Assembly: GCA_016783675.1 (NCBI GenBank)
Contig: JADHWE010000006.1
Span: 1,406-65,405, forward strand
Length of the DNA stretch: 64,000 nt
DNA from: Kiritimatiellia bacterium
GTDB taxonomy: Bacteria; Verrucomicrobiota; Kiritimatiellia; UBA8416; JABMPJ01
Direction: 5' to 3'
How positions within the stretch are numbered: the first letter of the stretch is position 1; every line of letters starts with the position of its first letter. This document shows, one piece after another, positions 1 to 8,944 of the stretch. The notes under the pieces were generated by a model. That model worked only from the letters and a program-made list of their open reading frames with translations, ran no database searches and was not told the origin of the DNA. Made by a program: the position numbers and the translations under genes.

Positions 1-435
1 AATCCCGAGGTAGAGGTCCCCGACCTTGCGGCGATCCCGGAGTCAGAGCGGCAACAGCCGCCAACCTACGTCCCCAACCGCAACATGGCGCTCCTGTCGC
101 TGGCAGCCGCGTACGCCGAAGCGAATGGCGTGCGCGACATCTACTACGGAGCCCAGGCCCAGGACGAATACGGCTACTGGGACTGCACGACCGACTTCCT
201 CGCGCGGATCAACGCCCTGTTGGCCCTCAACAGGAAAGATGCCGTTACGGTCCACGCGCCGTTCGTTGAGAAGCGCAAGGCCGATGTCGTCCGGATCGGC
301 CTCGACCTCGGCGTGGACTTCGCCCTGACATGGACCTGCTACCGTGGCGGTGACCGTCCCTGCGGCACATGCCCGAGCTGCGTGGAGCGCGCCGGTGCAT
401 TTAGCGAGACGGGGCAGACCGATCCGTTGACTTGA
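1..435 (+). CDS. queC: 7-cyano-7-deazaguanine synthase QueC, C-terminal part (5' end lies outside the window)
   Basis: Frame 1 is open from nt 1. It contains ...PTYVPNRNMALLSLAAAYAE... and the C-terminal Cys cluster CYRGGDRPCGTCPSCVERAGAF typical of QueC. Confidence 0.85.
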   Translation, partial: NPEVEVPDLAAIPESERQQPPTYVPNRNMALLSLAAAYAEANGVRDIYYGAQAQDEYGYWDCTTDFLARINALLALNRKDAVTVHAPFVEKRKADVVRIGLDLGVDFALTWTCYRGGDRPCGTCPSCVERAGAFSETGQTDPLT

Positions 436-466
436 TAGGGATCGCGCGCTCAGCTATGCTGCCCCT

Positions 467-2869
467 ATGACCAAAAGGAGTATCTTCATAGGGCTGCTTT
501 GCGCCGTGCTCCTCAGCGTCATCACCTATTTCAACGACATGGTGATGAAGGGCACGTTCCTGGTGGGCAACTACCTCCCCGTGGCGGTATTCGGAACGCT
601 GATCCTTTTCCTCCTTCTCGTGAACCCGCTGCTGCGCAAGCTTTCGCGGCGGCTTTCTTTCTCCGGTCGCGAATTGGCCACCATCGTCGCGCTGGTTCTT
701 TTCGCCTGCTACCTGCCCGGACGGGGGCTGCTCCATTTCTTCTCGACCTCCATCATGCTGCCGCACCACCACCTGCGGACCAAGCCTTCATGGCAGAACG
801 AGCCGGCGACGATCGCGCACAGTGACGTCATGGACTGGCAGAAACTGGAACAGATTCTTGCCGGCAGCGAAACGGAACCTGCCCTGTCAGCCCTGCAGAA
901 GGCCGTCGAGTCATCGGTGGACCGGGAGGCGACAGCCCCGCCATCGGAGGGCATTGAGAACTGGCCCCTACTTGGTGCGCTGAACCAGGCAATCGCGGAA
1001 ACGACGTTTGCCCTGCAGCCTGGTGTGGCGGACGGCCTGGAATTGACCCCGTACGTGGAAGAACTGCTAAGCCGCGAGCATGACATCCTCTCGTCGGAGG
1101 ATCGCCAGGCCATCAACCGCGGTGTCATTGATGTGTTTCTCGCCGGCGTGGTTGTGCCACACCGGCTCGGACCACTTGCGCGGGCTCCTGCCCGTATGCT
1201 GGGCGACATCTCGCGCGACAGCACACGCACACTTGACGGTTTTGTTGCCGGACTGGCTCAAGGTGAAGCGAAGATCCCCTACTCAGACGTGCCATGGCAC
1301 GCGTGGACACGCGCCCTGCTCTTCTGGATGCCGCTCATCCTGACCGTCTGCGTGATGGTCGTTGGGCTTGGCCTCGTCCTTCACCGGCAATGGACAACAC
1401 ACGAGCACCTCCCCTACCCAACCGTCGAGTTCGCCCGGTCCCTCCTTCCTGACGACGACTCCGGTTGGAGCCCGGTTATGCGGAGTCGTCTCTTCTGGCT
1501 TGGCGCCCTCGTGGTTCTCGCGATCCACATGAACAACTATGCCTGCGTCTGGTGGCCCGACAACCTGATCCCGGTCAAGACCGTGCTCGATCTCGAGCCG
1601 TTGCTGAAACTCTTTCCCGTGCTTGAACGCGGCGGGGCCTGGGGTATTTTCAAGCCTACCATTATCTTCACGGCCGTTGGGTTTGCCTACTTCCTGGCGA
1701 CAGACGTATCGCTCTCCCTGGGACTGGCCCCCTATCTCTACTGCCTGATTGCCGGCGTGCTGGCAGGCTATGGCGTTGCGATGGGGACCGGACACTTGCA
1801 GGTCTCCCTGGATTCGTCGTTCTATGCAGGCGCCTACTTTGGCATGTTTGCCGTACTCCTTTACACGGGACGACACTATTACGTCTCTGCCCTGCGTCGC
1901 GGGGTCGGGCTGCGCTCGCGAGATGAGATCGAAGCGTCAGCCGTCTGGGGCATGCGGATCTTCCTGGTCACCGTCGTCCTCTTTATCTTCCAACTCAGCC
2001 TGGTAGGCCTGGATTGGCAACTATCGACCCTCTACGTACTAACCATGTTGGTGATCTTCACCGTAATCAGCCGTCTCCTGGCGGAGGCGGGTGTATTCTT
2101 CGTCCACTCCTACTTCTACCCCTGTGCCATGATATGGGCGTTCATGGGGGCCCGTGCGGCCGGTCCCAACCAGCTCCTCGTGCTCGCGATGCTCTCCGGA
2201 CTGCTCATGATTGACCCCCGCGAAGCCATGATGCCGTTTGCGATGTCCGGCATCCACCTGGTCGATCGCCTCAAACTCCGCATTGGCAAGACCACGTTGT
2301 GGGGACTGGTGGCGCTCGTGCTCGGCTTCGTCATCGCAACACCCGTCATCATCCATCTCCAGTACCAGCGCGGCGCCATTCTCGCCAGCGACTGGTGGTC
2401 TGCCCATGCGGTGCCGACGTATCCCTATGACGTCAACGTACAGATGACCCGGCGCTTGGAAGCCCAGGGCGCACTCGACCGCGCGTACGAGGTATCCGGA
2501 TGGGAACGATTCACCGAGATTGACCCGGACGGCAAGTTCCTGGTCGGATTTGCGGCCATGTTCGCCATGGTGATTCTCTTCTCCTTCCTGCGCTACCGCT
2601 TTGCCAAGTGGCCGCTGCACCCGCTCATTTTCCTCGTGCTGGGAACATTCCAGAGCCGGATACTGGCCTTCTCATTCCTGCTCGGCTACTTCATCAAGAG
2701 CGCCGTGACCCGGCATGGCGGTGCGGGGCTCTATCGCAAGCTGAAGCCGCTGATGATTGGGCTGATCGCCGGCGAGATGCTGGCCGCCGTCATTCCGGTC
2801 GTCATCGGCGCCATCTACTACGCGGTTCAGGGCGAGCCGCCGAAGCCGTTCAGGATCATGCCGGGATAG
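467..2869 (+). CDS. large polytopic inner-membrane protein, function unknown
   Basis: 800-aa ORF with many long hydrophobic segments on both sides of a soluble insert (about residues 110-280). I recognise no catalytic or transporter signature. Confidence 0.6.
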   Translation: MTKRSIFIGLLCAVLLSVITYFNDMVMKGTFLVGNYLPVAVFGTLILFLLLVNPLLRKLSRRLSFSGRELATIVALVLFACYLPGRGLLHFFSTSIMLPHHHLRTKPSWQNEPATIAHSDVMDWQKLEQILAGSETEPALSALQKAVESSVDREATAPPSEGIENWPLLGALNQAIAETTFALQPGVADGLELTPYVEELLSREHDILSSEDRQAINRGVIDVFLAGVVVPHRLGPLARAPARMLGDISRDSTRTLDGFVAGLAQGEAKIPYSDVPWHAWTRALLFWMPLILTVCVMVVGLGLVLHRQWTTHEHLPYPTVEFARSLLPDDDSGWSPVMRSRLFWLGALVVLAIHMNNYACVWWPDNLIPVKTVLDLEPLLKLFPVLERGGAWGIFKPTIIFTAVGFAYFLATDVSLSLGLAPYLYCLIAGVLAGYGVAMGTGHLQVSLDSSFYAGAYFGMFAVLLYTGRHYYVSALRRGVGLRSRDEIEASAVWGMRIFLVTVVLFIFQLSLVGLDWQLSTLYVLTMLVIFTVISRLLAEAGVFFVHSYFYPCAMIWAFMGARAAGPNQLLVLAMLSGLLMIDPREAMMPFAMSGIHLVDRLKLRIGKTTLWGLVALVLGFVIATPVIIHLQYQRGAILASDWWSAHAVPTYPYDVNVQMTRRLEAQGALDRAYEVSGWERFTEIDPDGKFLVGFAAMFAMVILFSFLRYRFAKWPLHPLIFLVLGTFQSRILAFSFLLGYFIKSAVTRHGGAGLYRKLKPLMIGLIAGEMLAAVIPVVIGAIYYAVQGEPPKPFRIMPG

Positions 2870-2961
2870 GAAGGAGAAGTGAGCAGCGAGCAGTGGGACA
2901 CGAGGATCCTGCGAAGGATACTGACAACTGATCACTGGTCACCGATTACTTCAGGTGAAGC

Positions 2962-3810
2962 ATGGAGTCGGTGAAAAAACTGTGGATATGGAGACACCTG
3001 GGCATACGGCTGCCTGACGACTGGGAGATGCTGCAGTATTCGCTGAAGCTGGAGTCGGGGCGCTGCGCTTTTGCGGACCGCTACGGATTCAGGTTTGAGC
3101 TGACATGGCGCCAGGTCGATGGTCCCCCCGATTTCGACAGAATGCTGTCCGACTACATGGGGAAGCTCAAAGACGAAGGCATGACGCAGGCCCATCGCAT
3201 CGAGGTGTCCGGATGCCAGGGCTTCAAGGGGGAGATGGACGGGCAGACGATCACGCGTTTCGGGCGCTACGCCGAGAGCGAATCGTGTCTCGTAGAGCTG
3301 CTCTTTCCATGGCCGGACGGACGCAACCGGGAACTGGAGAGCGCGATATTGCAGAGCTTTCACGAAGTGCCCCTTGATGCCAACAACTGCCGCCGCTGGC
3401 GGGCCCTCGGCATGGATGCACGCGTACCGGGTCGGCTAACCCTGAGCCGTTGCCGCGTCGAGCCCGCCTTGGTAGAGTGGCATTTTTCGGACCCGCGCAA
3501 GCAAACGGTCTTTCGGTGTGCACGGCGGGGACTCGTACAGGAGTGGATGGATCACTCCGTGCAGGCATGGCTGGAGCGGCAGGTCCGGCCCGACTCCCGC
3601 CCACCTGCGCGCTGGCGCCACGAGCGTCGGGACGGTCACGCGGTCGACCGCATCGAGGGGCGCGCCGCCGCGCGCGGATGGCTGCGACGCAAGCGCCACC
3701 TGCAGGCCGAAGCATGGGTCTGCCCGGTGGATGGACGGCTCTATAGCTGGGTGGCGGAGGATGCACCGGCCCTTCCGGGGAACCCATTGAACAGTTGTGG
3801 AGAAGCGTGA
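2962..3810 (+). CDS. hypothetical protein
   Basis: 282-aa ORF co-directional with its neighbours; its 3' end overlaps the next ORF by 14 nt. No recognisable motif. The Arg/Trp-rich C-terminal half lowers confidence. Confidence 0.4.
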   Translation: MESVKKLWIWRHLGIRLPDDWEMLQYSLKLESGRCAFADRYGFRFELTWRQVDGPPDFDRMLSDYMGKLKDEGMTQAHRIEVSGCQGFKGEMDGQTITRFGRYAESESCLVELLFPWPDGRNRELESAILQSFHEVPLDANNCRRWRALGMDARVPGRLTLSRCRVEPALVEWHFSDPRKQTVFRCARRGLVQEWMDHSVQAWLERQVRPDSRPPARWRHERRDGHAVDRIEGRAAARGWLRRKRHLQAEAWVCPVDGRLYSWVAEDAPALPGNPLNSCGEA

Positions 3811-4171
3811 TATGAGCGAGGCGCCATGGACGGCAATGTTACGCGCAGTCGCCATGCAGAACCGGGCTGCCCGTGTTGAGCGCGCCCCCGACGCAACCGT
3901 GTCAGTCTGGGTCCAGCAGACACGCAAGCTCATGCCGCCCCTCTCGTGGATTGTCCCGTTCCGGAAAGAGCGCGTGGCGCGGCTGGATCACATCGGCAGC
4001 CGGGTATGGTCGCTCTGCGATGGGCGCCGCACCGTCGAGGATGTCGTGGACACCATTGCCGCGCAATACCGCCTGACGTTTCACGAGAGCCGCGTAGCCG
4101 TGACCGGCTACCTGAAGACACTCGTTCAGCGCGGCGTCCTGGCAATCGAGATGGCGGAGGAAGAAAACTGA
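3797..4171 (+). CDS. PqqD-family (RRE-like winged-helix) protein
   Basis: The segment RLDHIGSRVWSLCDGRRTVEDVVDTIAAQYRLTFHESRVAVTGYLKTLVQRGVLAI matches the PqqD / RiPP-recognition-element fold pattern. Confidence 0.6.
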   Translation: MEKRDMSEAPWTAMLRAVAMQNRAARVERAPDATVSVWVQQTRKLMPPLSWIVPFRKERVARLDHIGSRVWSLCDGRRTVEDVVDTIAAQYRLTFHESRVAVTGYLKTLVQRGVLAIEMAEEEN

Positions 4172-4224
4172 AACGCCGCGCAACCCACTGTTCGTGGTAA
4201 GGTTGGATCAAGGAGGTCTTAGAC

Positions 4225-5334
4225 ATGCCCGAGATTGATGAACTGTGCAAGGTGCTCGTCGAGCAAGGGGGCAGTGATCTGCACCTGTCGGCCGGACGCC
4301 CCCCCATCCTGCGCTGCGATGGTGAAATCACGCGCACCGATATTCGAGTACTCACCGACGCCGACATTCAGCGGATACTGACCGAAATCATGCCCGAGCG
4401 CAACCGCGGCGAGCTTCGTGAGAATAACGACACGGACTTCGCCTACGAGATCCCCAACTTCGTCCGCCTCCGCGTCAATGCCCGTCGCGACCGCTACGGC
4501 ATCGGCGGGACGCTGCGCGTCATTCCTACGACTGTGATCACGGCCGACCAGTTGAATTTGCCCAAGGGCATCCGCGACCTCTGCTATCTATCCAAGGGGC
4601 TCGTAGTGGTTACCGGTCCCACGGGCAGCGGTAAGAGCACGACGCTCGCGGCGCTGATCGACCTGATCAATGGCACCCGGACCGATCACGTTATCACGAT
4701 TGAGGATCCCATCGAGTTTGTTCACCAGGACCAGAAGTGCTTGATCACCCAACGCGAAGTCCATACGCACACCAAGAGCTTCGCGGCGGCCTTGCGCGCC
4801 GCCCTGCGCCAGGACCCCGACATTGTACTGGTCGGCGAAATGCGCGACATGGAGACGGTCGAGATCGCCATTGAGACAGCTGAGACCGGCCATCTGGTTT
4901 TTGGCACGCTCCACACCAACACCGCCATCAACACCGTCAGTCGCATTATCGATACGTTCCCCGCGAACCGACAGTCGCAGATTCGGTCCATGCTCGCCTC
5001 GTCACTCAAGGCGGCGGTCTGCCAGACCCTCTGTCGGCGCAAGGGAGGCGGGCGCGTGGCGGCCATGGAGATTCTGCTGGTTGACAGCGGCATCGCGTCG
5101 CTGATCCGTGACGGCAAGACGCACCAGATAGAGTCCGCCATGCAGGTGGGCGGAGGGAAAGGCATGATGCTCATGAACGAGGCACTGACCAAGCTGGTCC
5201 ACGATGACTTGGTCGAACCCGACGAGGCCTACCTGAAGAGCATCGACAAGGGCGACCTTGTCAATCGGCTGCGCCGCCTTAACTTACCGCTACCGTCGAC
5301 CGTTGCCGGCGCAGAGACACCGAAAGCCTCATAG
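4225..5334 (+). CDS. pilT: type IV pilus retraction ATPase PilT
   Basis: Walker A GPTGSGKSTT, Walker B DPDIVLVGEMRD, His box TGHLVFGTLHTN. At 369 aa with no GspE-N domain, the size fits PilT. Confidence 0.9.
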   Translation: MPEIDELCKVLVEQGGSDLHLSAGRPPILRCDGEITRTDIRVLTDADIQRILTEIMPERNRGELRENNDTDFAYEIPNFVRLRVNARRDRYGIGGTLRVIPTTVITADQLNLPKGIRDLCYLSKGLVVVTGPTGSGKSTTLAALIDLINGTRTDHVITIEDPIEFVHQDQKCLITQREVHTHTKSFAAALRAALRQDPDIVLVGEMRDMETVEIAIETAETGHLVFGTLHTNTAINTVSRIIDTFPANRQSQIRSMLASSLKAAVCQTLCRRKGGGRVAAMEILLVDSGIASLIRDGKTHQIESAMQVGGGKGMMLMNEALTKLVHDDLVEPDEAYLKSIDKGDLVNRLRRLNLPLPSTVAGAETPKAS

Positions 5335-5488
5335 CGGGGCTGCCCCCCTAAAAAACCGTCATAGCAATGAAAATTGGGCTTGTGCCTCACCGAATTCAGG
5401 CCATAATCACTCAAAGGTAAGCAACGTTGTGCCCCACAGGGCTGTCAAACGATCGAAAGGTCGTACAAACAATAACAGGAGGGTTCAA

Positions 5489-5761
5489 ATGACGAAGAGT
5501 CAGACACTTGCATGTCTCGCAGAGAAGACCGGACTGACCAAGGTTCAGTGCGGAGAGTTCATCGATGAGCTGGCCGGACTGGCCTACACCGAAGCGAAGA
5601 ACGGGTTCACGATCCCCGGCCTCGGCAAGCTCGTACTCGTAAACCGCAAGGCGCGCATGGGTCGCAACCCGGCCACGGGCGAGTCGATCCACATTCCGGC
5701 CAAGACAGTCGTGAAGTTCCGCATTGCCAAGGTGTGCAAAGAATCCGTTCTTTCCGCCTAG
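5489..5761 (+). CDS. hup: HU-family nucleoid DNA-binding protein
   Basis: 90 aa with the arm motif RKARMGRNPATGESIHIPAKTVVKFR. An AGGAGGG Shine-Dalgarno (5477-5483) lies 5 nt before ATG 5489. The longer track ORF starting at 5258 is rejected. Confidence 0.9.
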   Translation: MTKSQTLACLAEKTGLTKVQCGEFIDELAGLAYTEAKNGFTIPGLGKLVLVNRKARMGRNPATGESIHIPAKTVVKFRIAKVCKESVLSA

Positions 5762-5784
5762 CAATCGACATGGTTTCAGGACAG

Positions 5785-5824
5785 GGCCGTTCGACAGTCA
5801 ATGTCGTACGGCCTTTTCCCTTTT
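5785..5824 (+). terminator. rho-independent terminator downstream of the HU gene
   Basis: GGCCGTTCGACA-GTCAA-TGTCGTACGGCC hairpin (one T:T mismatch) followed by TTTTCCCTTTTC. Confidence 0.65.
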
Positions 5825-5879
5825 CAGCCGTGACACTGCTCGGGGAAACGTGAGATAATTTGTTTTTTGTCTGGTTGAC

Positions 5880-8120
5880 GTGGGTATGCGTAGAGCATTC
5901 AACAGCACATTGAGCATGTGGAGTCTCCTGCTTCTGTTGCAGGCAGGCCGTGCCATGGCCTTGCCCGGTCTCGGTAATGCTGCTGACGAAGAGCTCGCGG
6001 GGCGCATCGCGGAACGCTTTGCGGACCGCATGCCCACCTATCACCTCAGCCGCCTCCCCATGGGCGATGAGATCAGCGGGCGCGCCTGGACCAACTTCTT
6101 CACGTCACTCGATTTCGACCACATGTATTTCCTGCAGTCGGACATCGAGCAGTTTGCCGCCAACCGGACGCAGCTGGACGATACCGTTTCGGACGGAGAC
6201 ATCTCCTTCGCCCACGAGGTGTTTGAGCGGTTCAAGCAGCGAGTACAGGAACGCTACGACTATACGGAAGTCCTCCTCGACCGTGGATTCGACCTGACCA
6301 CGAAGGAAGTCTATCGCTGGAACCGTCGCAAGGCGGACTGGGCGGTCACGACAGAGGAGTGCAACGAACTGTGGCGGCTCAAGATCAAGAACGAGTACGT
6401 GCGCCAGATCGTCGCGAAACAGATTGCCAAGGACGCCAAGGCCGAGGAGGACGCGAATTCCCCGACACCGACCAATGGCACAGACACCGCAGCCGCCGAG
6501 ATCCCATCATCCACCACCAACGACACCGACGAGGCCACCGCGTCCACGCCGGTCGACCTTTCTCCCGAGGCGTTCATCCGCTCCCGTTACAAGCAGATGC
6601 TGACCATGCTGAACGACAGCGACGGCAAGTGGTTGATCGAGAAATACCTCACGGCGTTCGCACACGCCTACGACCCCCACTCAGGCTACATGACCGCCAG
6701 CAGCGTCGAAGACTTCGATATCGAGATGAAACTCTCGCTAACGGGCATCGGCGCACTGCTGCGCGCCGAGGACGGCGCGGCCAGGATTGTCCGACTCATT
6801 CCCGGCGGGCCCGCCGATATGGACAGCCGCGACCTTCGCCTCCGGCCGGGCGACAAGATCATCGCCGTTGGCCAGGACAAGGAACCCATCGTTGACGTCC
6901 TCCACTGGCCCCTGCACCGCATCGTCTCCCTGATTCGCGGCCCCAAGGGCAGCCGCGTCGTCCTAACCGTAATTCCGGCGTCCGACCCCAGCGGCTCGAC
7001 GACCAAGCAGGTCGACCTTGTGCGCGACGAGGTAAAGCTCGAGGAGCAGGCCGCCGACTCCAGCGTACGGACGATCACCGACTCCAACGGCGACGAACGC
7101 ACGTTTGGCGTCATCCGCCTCCCCGCCTTTTACGCCAGCATGGGCATCAACAACCCGCGCCACCCGGAATACCGCAGTGCGGCCGGGGATGTGCAGACCA
7201 TTGTTCAGCGCTTGCAGACGAATGGGGTTGAGGGGATCATCCTCGACCTACGCAACAACGGCGGTGGCTCGCTCATTGAGGCGATACGCATGACCGGGCT
7301 TTTCATCAGGAGCGGCCCGACCGTGCAAGTCCGGGAGCGCCACAGCATCCGTGTTCTGCCCGATCGAAACCCCGCCCTGGCCTATGCCGGTCCGCTCGTC
7401 GTCCTTGTGAACCGTCTCAGCGCCTCCGCTTCCGAGATTGTCGCGGGCGCCCTGCAGGACTACGGCCGCGCCCTGATCGTAGGAGGAGAGAAGACACACG
7501 GCAAAGGCACGGTCCAGACGATCGTCAGCCTGGGACGCGACAGGACACTGGGCTCGCTTCGTGTCACCACGGCCAGCTACTACCGGATATCCGGTTCATC
7601 CACGCAGCTCCGTGGCGTCACGCCGGACGTCGTGATTCCGAGCCCATTTGATTTCATGAAGCTGGGCGAGGATGCCCTGCCCAATCCCATCCCGTGGTCG
7701 GCCGTAATGCCAACCCGCTTCCCGCCCGTGGCGGACCTCGACGGCATCAAGCCTCAGCTTCGCGCCGCCTCCGAGGCCCGTCGCAGCAAGAGTGAACGGT
7801 TCAAGGCCTACCAGAAACTGCTCGACCGTATCGAAGCCATCAACAATGCCGAGGAACTCCCCCTCGACCTTGAGAGGCGGATGGCTCTCGCCCGGTCCGA
7901 GCGCGACCTGGCGGAGCTACAGGCGTCGCTGATCCCTGAAGCCCATGATGGCAACGGTGACAGGATCGAACAGGCGGACCTTGTTCTCGAAGAAACGCTG
8001 CAAATCCTCGCCGACTTCACCGGCACGCAGCATGCCACCGCCGCACTGCGTAAGCAGCAGAGCCTGCAGGATCGCAACCCCTTGATTCGCATGTTCGATC
8101 AACTGCTGCAAACGCCATGA
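5880..8120 (+). CDS. prc: tail-specific (C-terminal processing) protease, S41 family
   Basis: Signal-like N-terminus, a PDZ-like stretch (LTGIGALLRAEDG...IVRLIPGGPA), DLRNNGGGS, catalytic-Ser context NRLSASASEIVAGAL and HGKGTVQ. The start could be GTG 5880 or ATG 5886. Confidence 0.85.
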   Translation: MGMRRAFNSTLSMWSLLLLLQAGRAMALPGLGNAADEELAGRIAERFADRMPTYHLSRLPMGDEISGRAWTNFFTSLDFDHMYFLQSDIEQFAANRTQLDDTVSDGDISFAHEVFERFKQRVQERYDYTEVLLDRGFDLTTKEVYRWNRRKADWAVTTEECNELWRLKIKNEYVRQIVAKQIAKDAKAEEDANSPTPTNGTDTAAAEIPSSTTNDTDEATASTPVDLSPEAFIRSRYKQMLTMLNDSDGKWLIEKYLTAFAHAYDPHSGYMTASSVEDFDIEMKLSLTGIGALLRAEDGAARIVRLIPGGPADMDSRDLRLRPGDKIIAVGQDKEPIVDVLHWPLHRIVSLIRGPKGSRVVLTVIPASDPSGSTTKQVDLVRDEVKLEEQAADSSVRTITDSNGDERTFGVIRLPAFYASMGINNPRHPEYRSAAGDVQTIVQRLQTNGVEGIILDLRNNGGGSLIEAIRMTGLFIRSGPTVQVRERHSIRVLPDRNPALAYAGPLVVLVNRLSASASEIVAGALQDYGRALIVGGEKTHGKGTVQTIVSLGRDRTLGSLRVTTASYYRISGSSTQLRGVTPDVVIPSPFDFMKLGEDALPNPIPWSAVMPTRFPPVADLDGIKPQLRAASEARRSKSERFKAYQKLLDRIEAINNAEELPLDLERRMALARSERDLAELQASLIPEAHDGNGDRIEQADLVLEETLQILADFTGTQHATAALRKQQSLQDRNPLIRMFDQLLQTP

Positions 8121-8932
8121 CCCAGACCTTCTGGAAGATGCACGGAGCAGGAAACGACTTTATCCTGTTTGATGATCGTGCCTGTCTCATCCCGACAGCC
8201 AATGAAGCATGGCTGTCCCTTATCGCGACCCGTCGAACGGGTATCGGGTGCGAGGGAGTGATTCTACTCCAACCCGCCGGTGACGCGGATGTCCGTATGC
8301 GCTTCTTCAACCCTGACGGGCGGCCCGCTGAAATGTGCGGGAATGGCGCCCGCTGCGCCGCGCGGCTCACCTTCGAACTCGGCATGGCCGGCGACTCCAT
8401 GACCATTGCCACGGACGCCGGCAAGGTTCGTGCCACCGTTGATGATGATAGCGTCCGGCTGGCGCTCCCCGACCCAACCGACGTTCAGCCTTACGGCGAC
8501 ATCGAAGTCGACGGACGCCACGTCTCCTGCGGCCAAGCCAACACCGGCGTACCGCACGTCATGCTGGAGGTGCAGGACCTCGACGAGGCCCCGGTTGTCT
8601 CCCTGGGCGCAACGATTCGGCACCACGTGCAGTTTGCACCCAACGGAACAAACGTGAACTTCGTACAGCGGGTGGACGAGTCCCGCTTGAGAATTCGGAC
8701 GTATGAACGCGGTGTGGAGGGTGAGACGGGCGCCTGCGGCACAGGTGCGGCCGCGGCGGCCGTCATCATGGCGCTACGTGGACGTGCCAGGCCACCCGTG
8801 ACCGTTACCACGATCTCGGGGGACGATCTGCAGATCGGTTTCGAGCAGCAGGGCGACGCTATCACCCGCCTAACACTGGCCGGACCGGCGGTGCATGTCT
8901 ACCAGGGCACGATAGACGTGCCCGCGGGATGA
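8117..8932 (+). CDS. dapF: diaminopimelate epimerase
   Basis: FWKMHGAGNDFILFD plus the two catalytic Cys motifs MCGNGARCAA and ETGACGTGAAAAA. ATGA overlap with the prc stop. Confidence 0.9.
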   Translation: MTQTFWKMHGAGNDFILFDDRACLIPTANEAWLSLIATRRTGIGCEGVILLQPAGDADVRMRFFNPDGRPAEMCGNGARCAARLTFELGMAGDSMTIATDAGKVRATVDDDSVRLALPDPTDVQPYGDIEVDGRHVSCGQANTGVPHVMLEVQDLDEAPVVSLGATIRHHVQFAPNGTNVNFVQRVDESRLRIRTYERGVEGETGACGTGAAAAAVIMALRGRARPPVTVTTISGDDLQIGFEQQGDAITRLTLAGPAVHVYQGTIDVPAG

Positions 8933-8944
8933 TCCCGACCCAGC

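Noticed and set aside
2879-2974. 31-codon GTG ORF upstream of the PqqD-like gene as a RiPP precursor
   Set aside because: The SD-like tract is only ~2 nt from the GTG, the ORF overlaps the next gene's start, and no modifying enzyme (radical SAM, cyclase, protease) is nearby. The evidence is insufficient to annotate it.
5258-5488. 5' extension of the HU ORF (MSIGCAALTYRYRR...)
   Set aside because: An AGGAGGG SD precedes ATG 5489, and the 90-aa product is a full-length HU. The extension is Arg/His-rich and looks non-genic.
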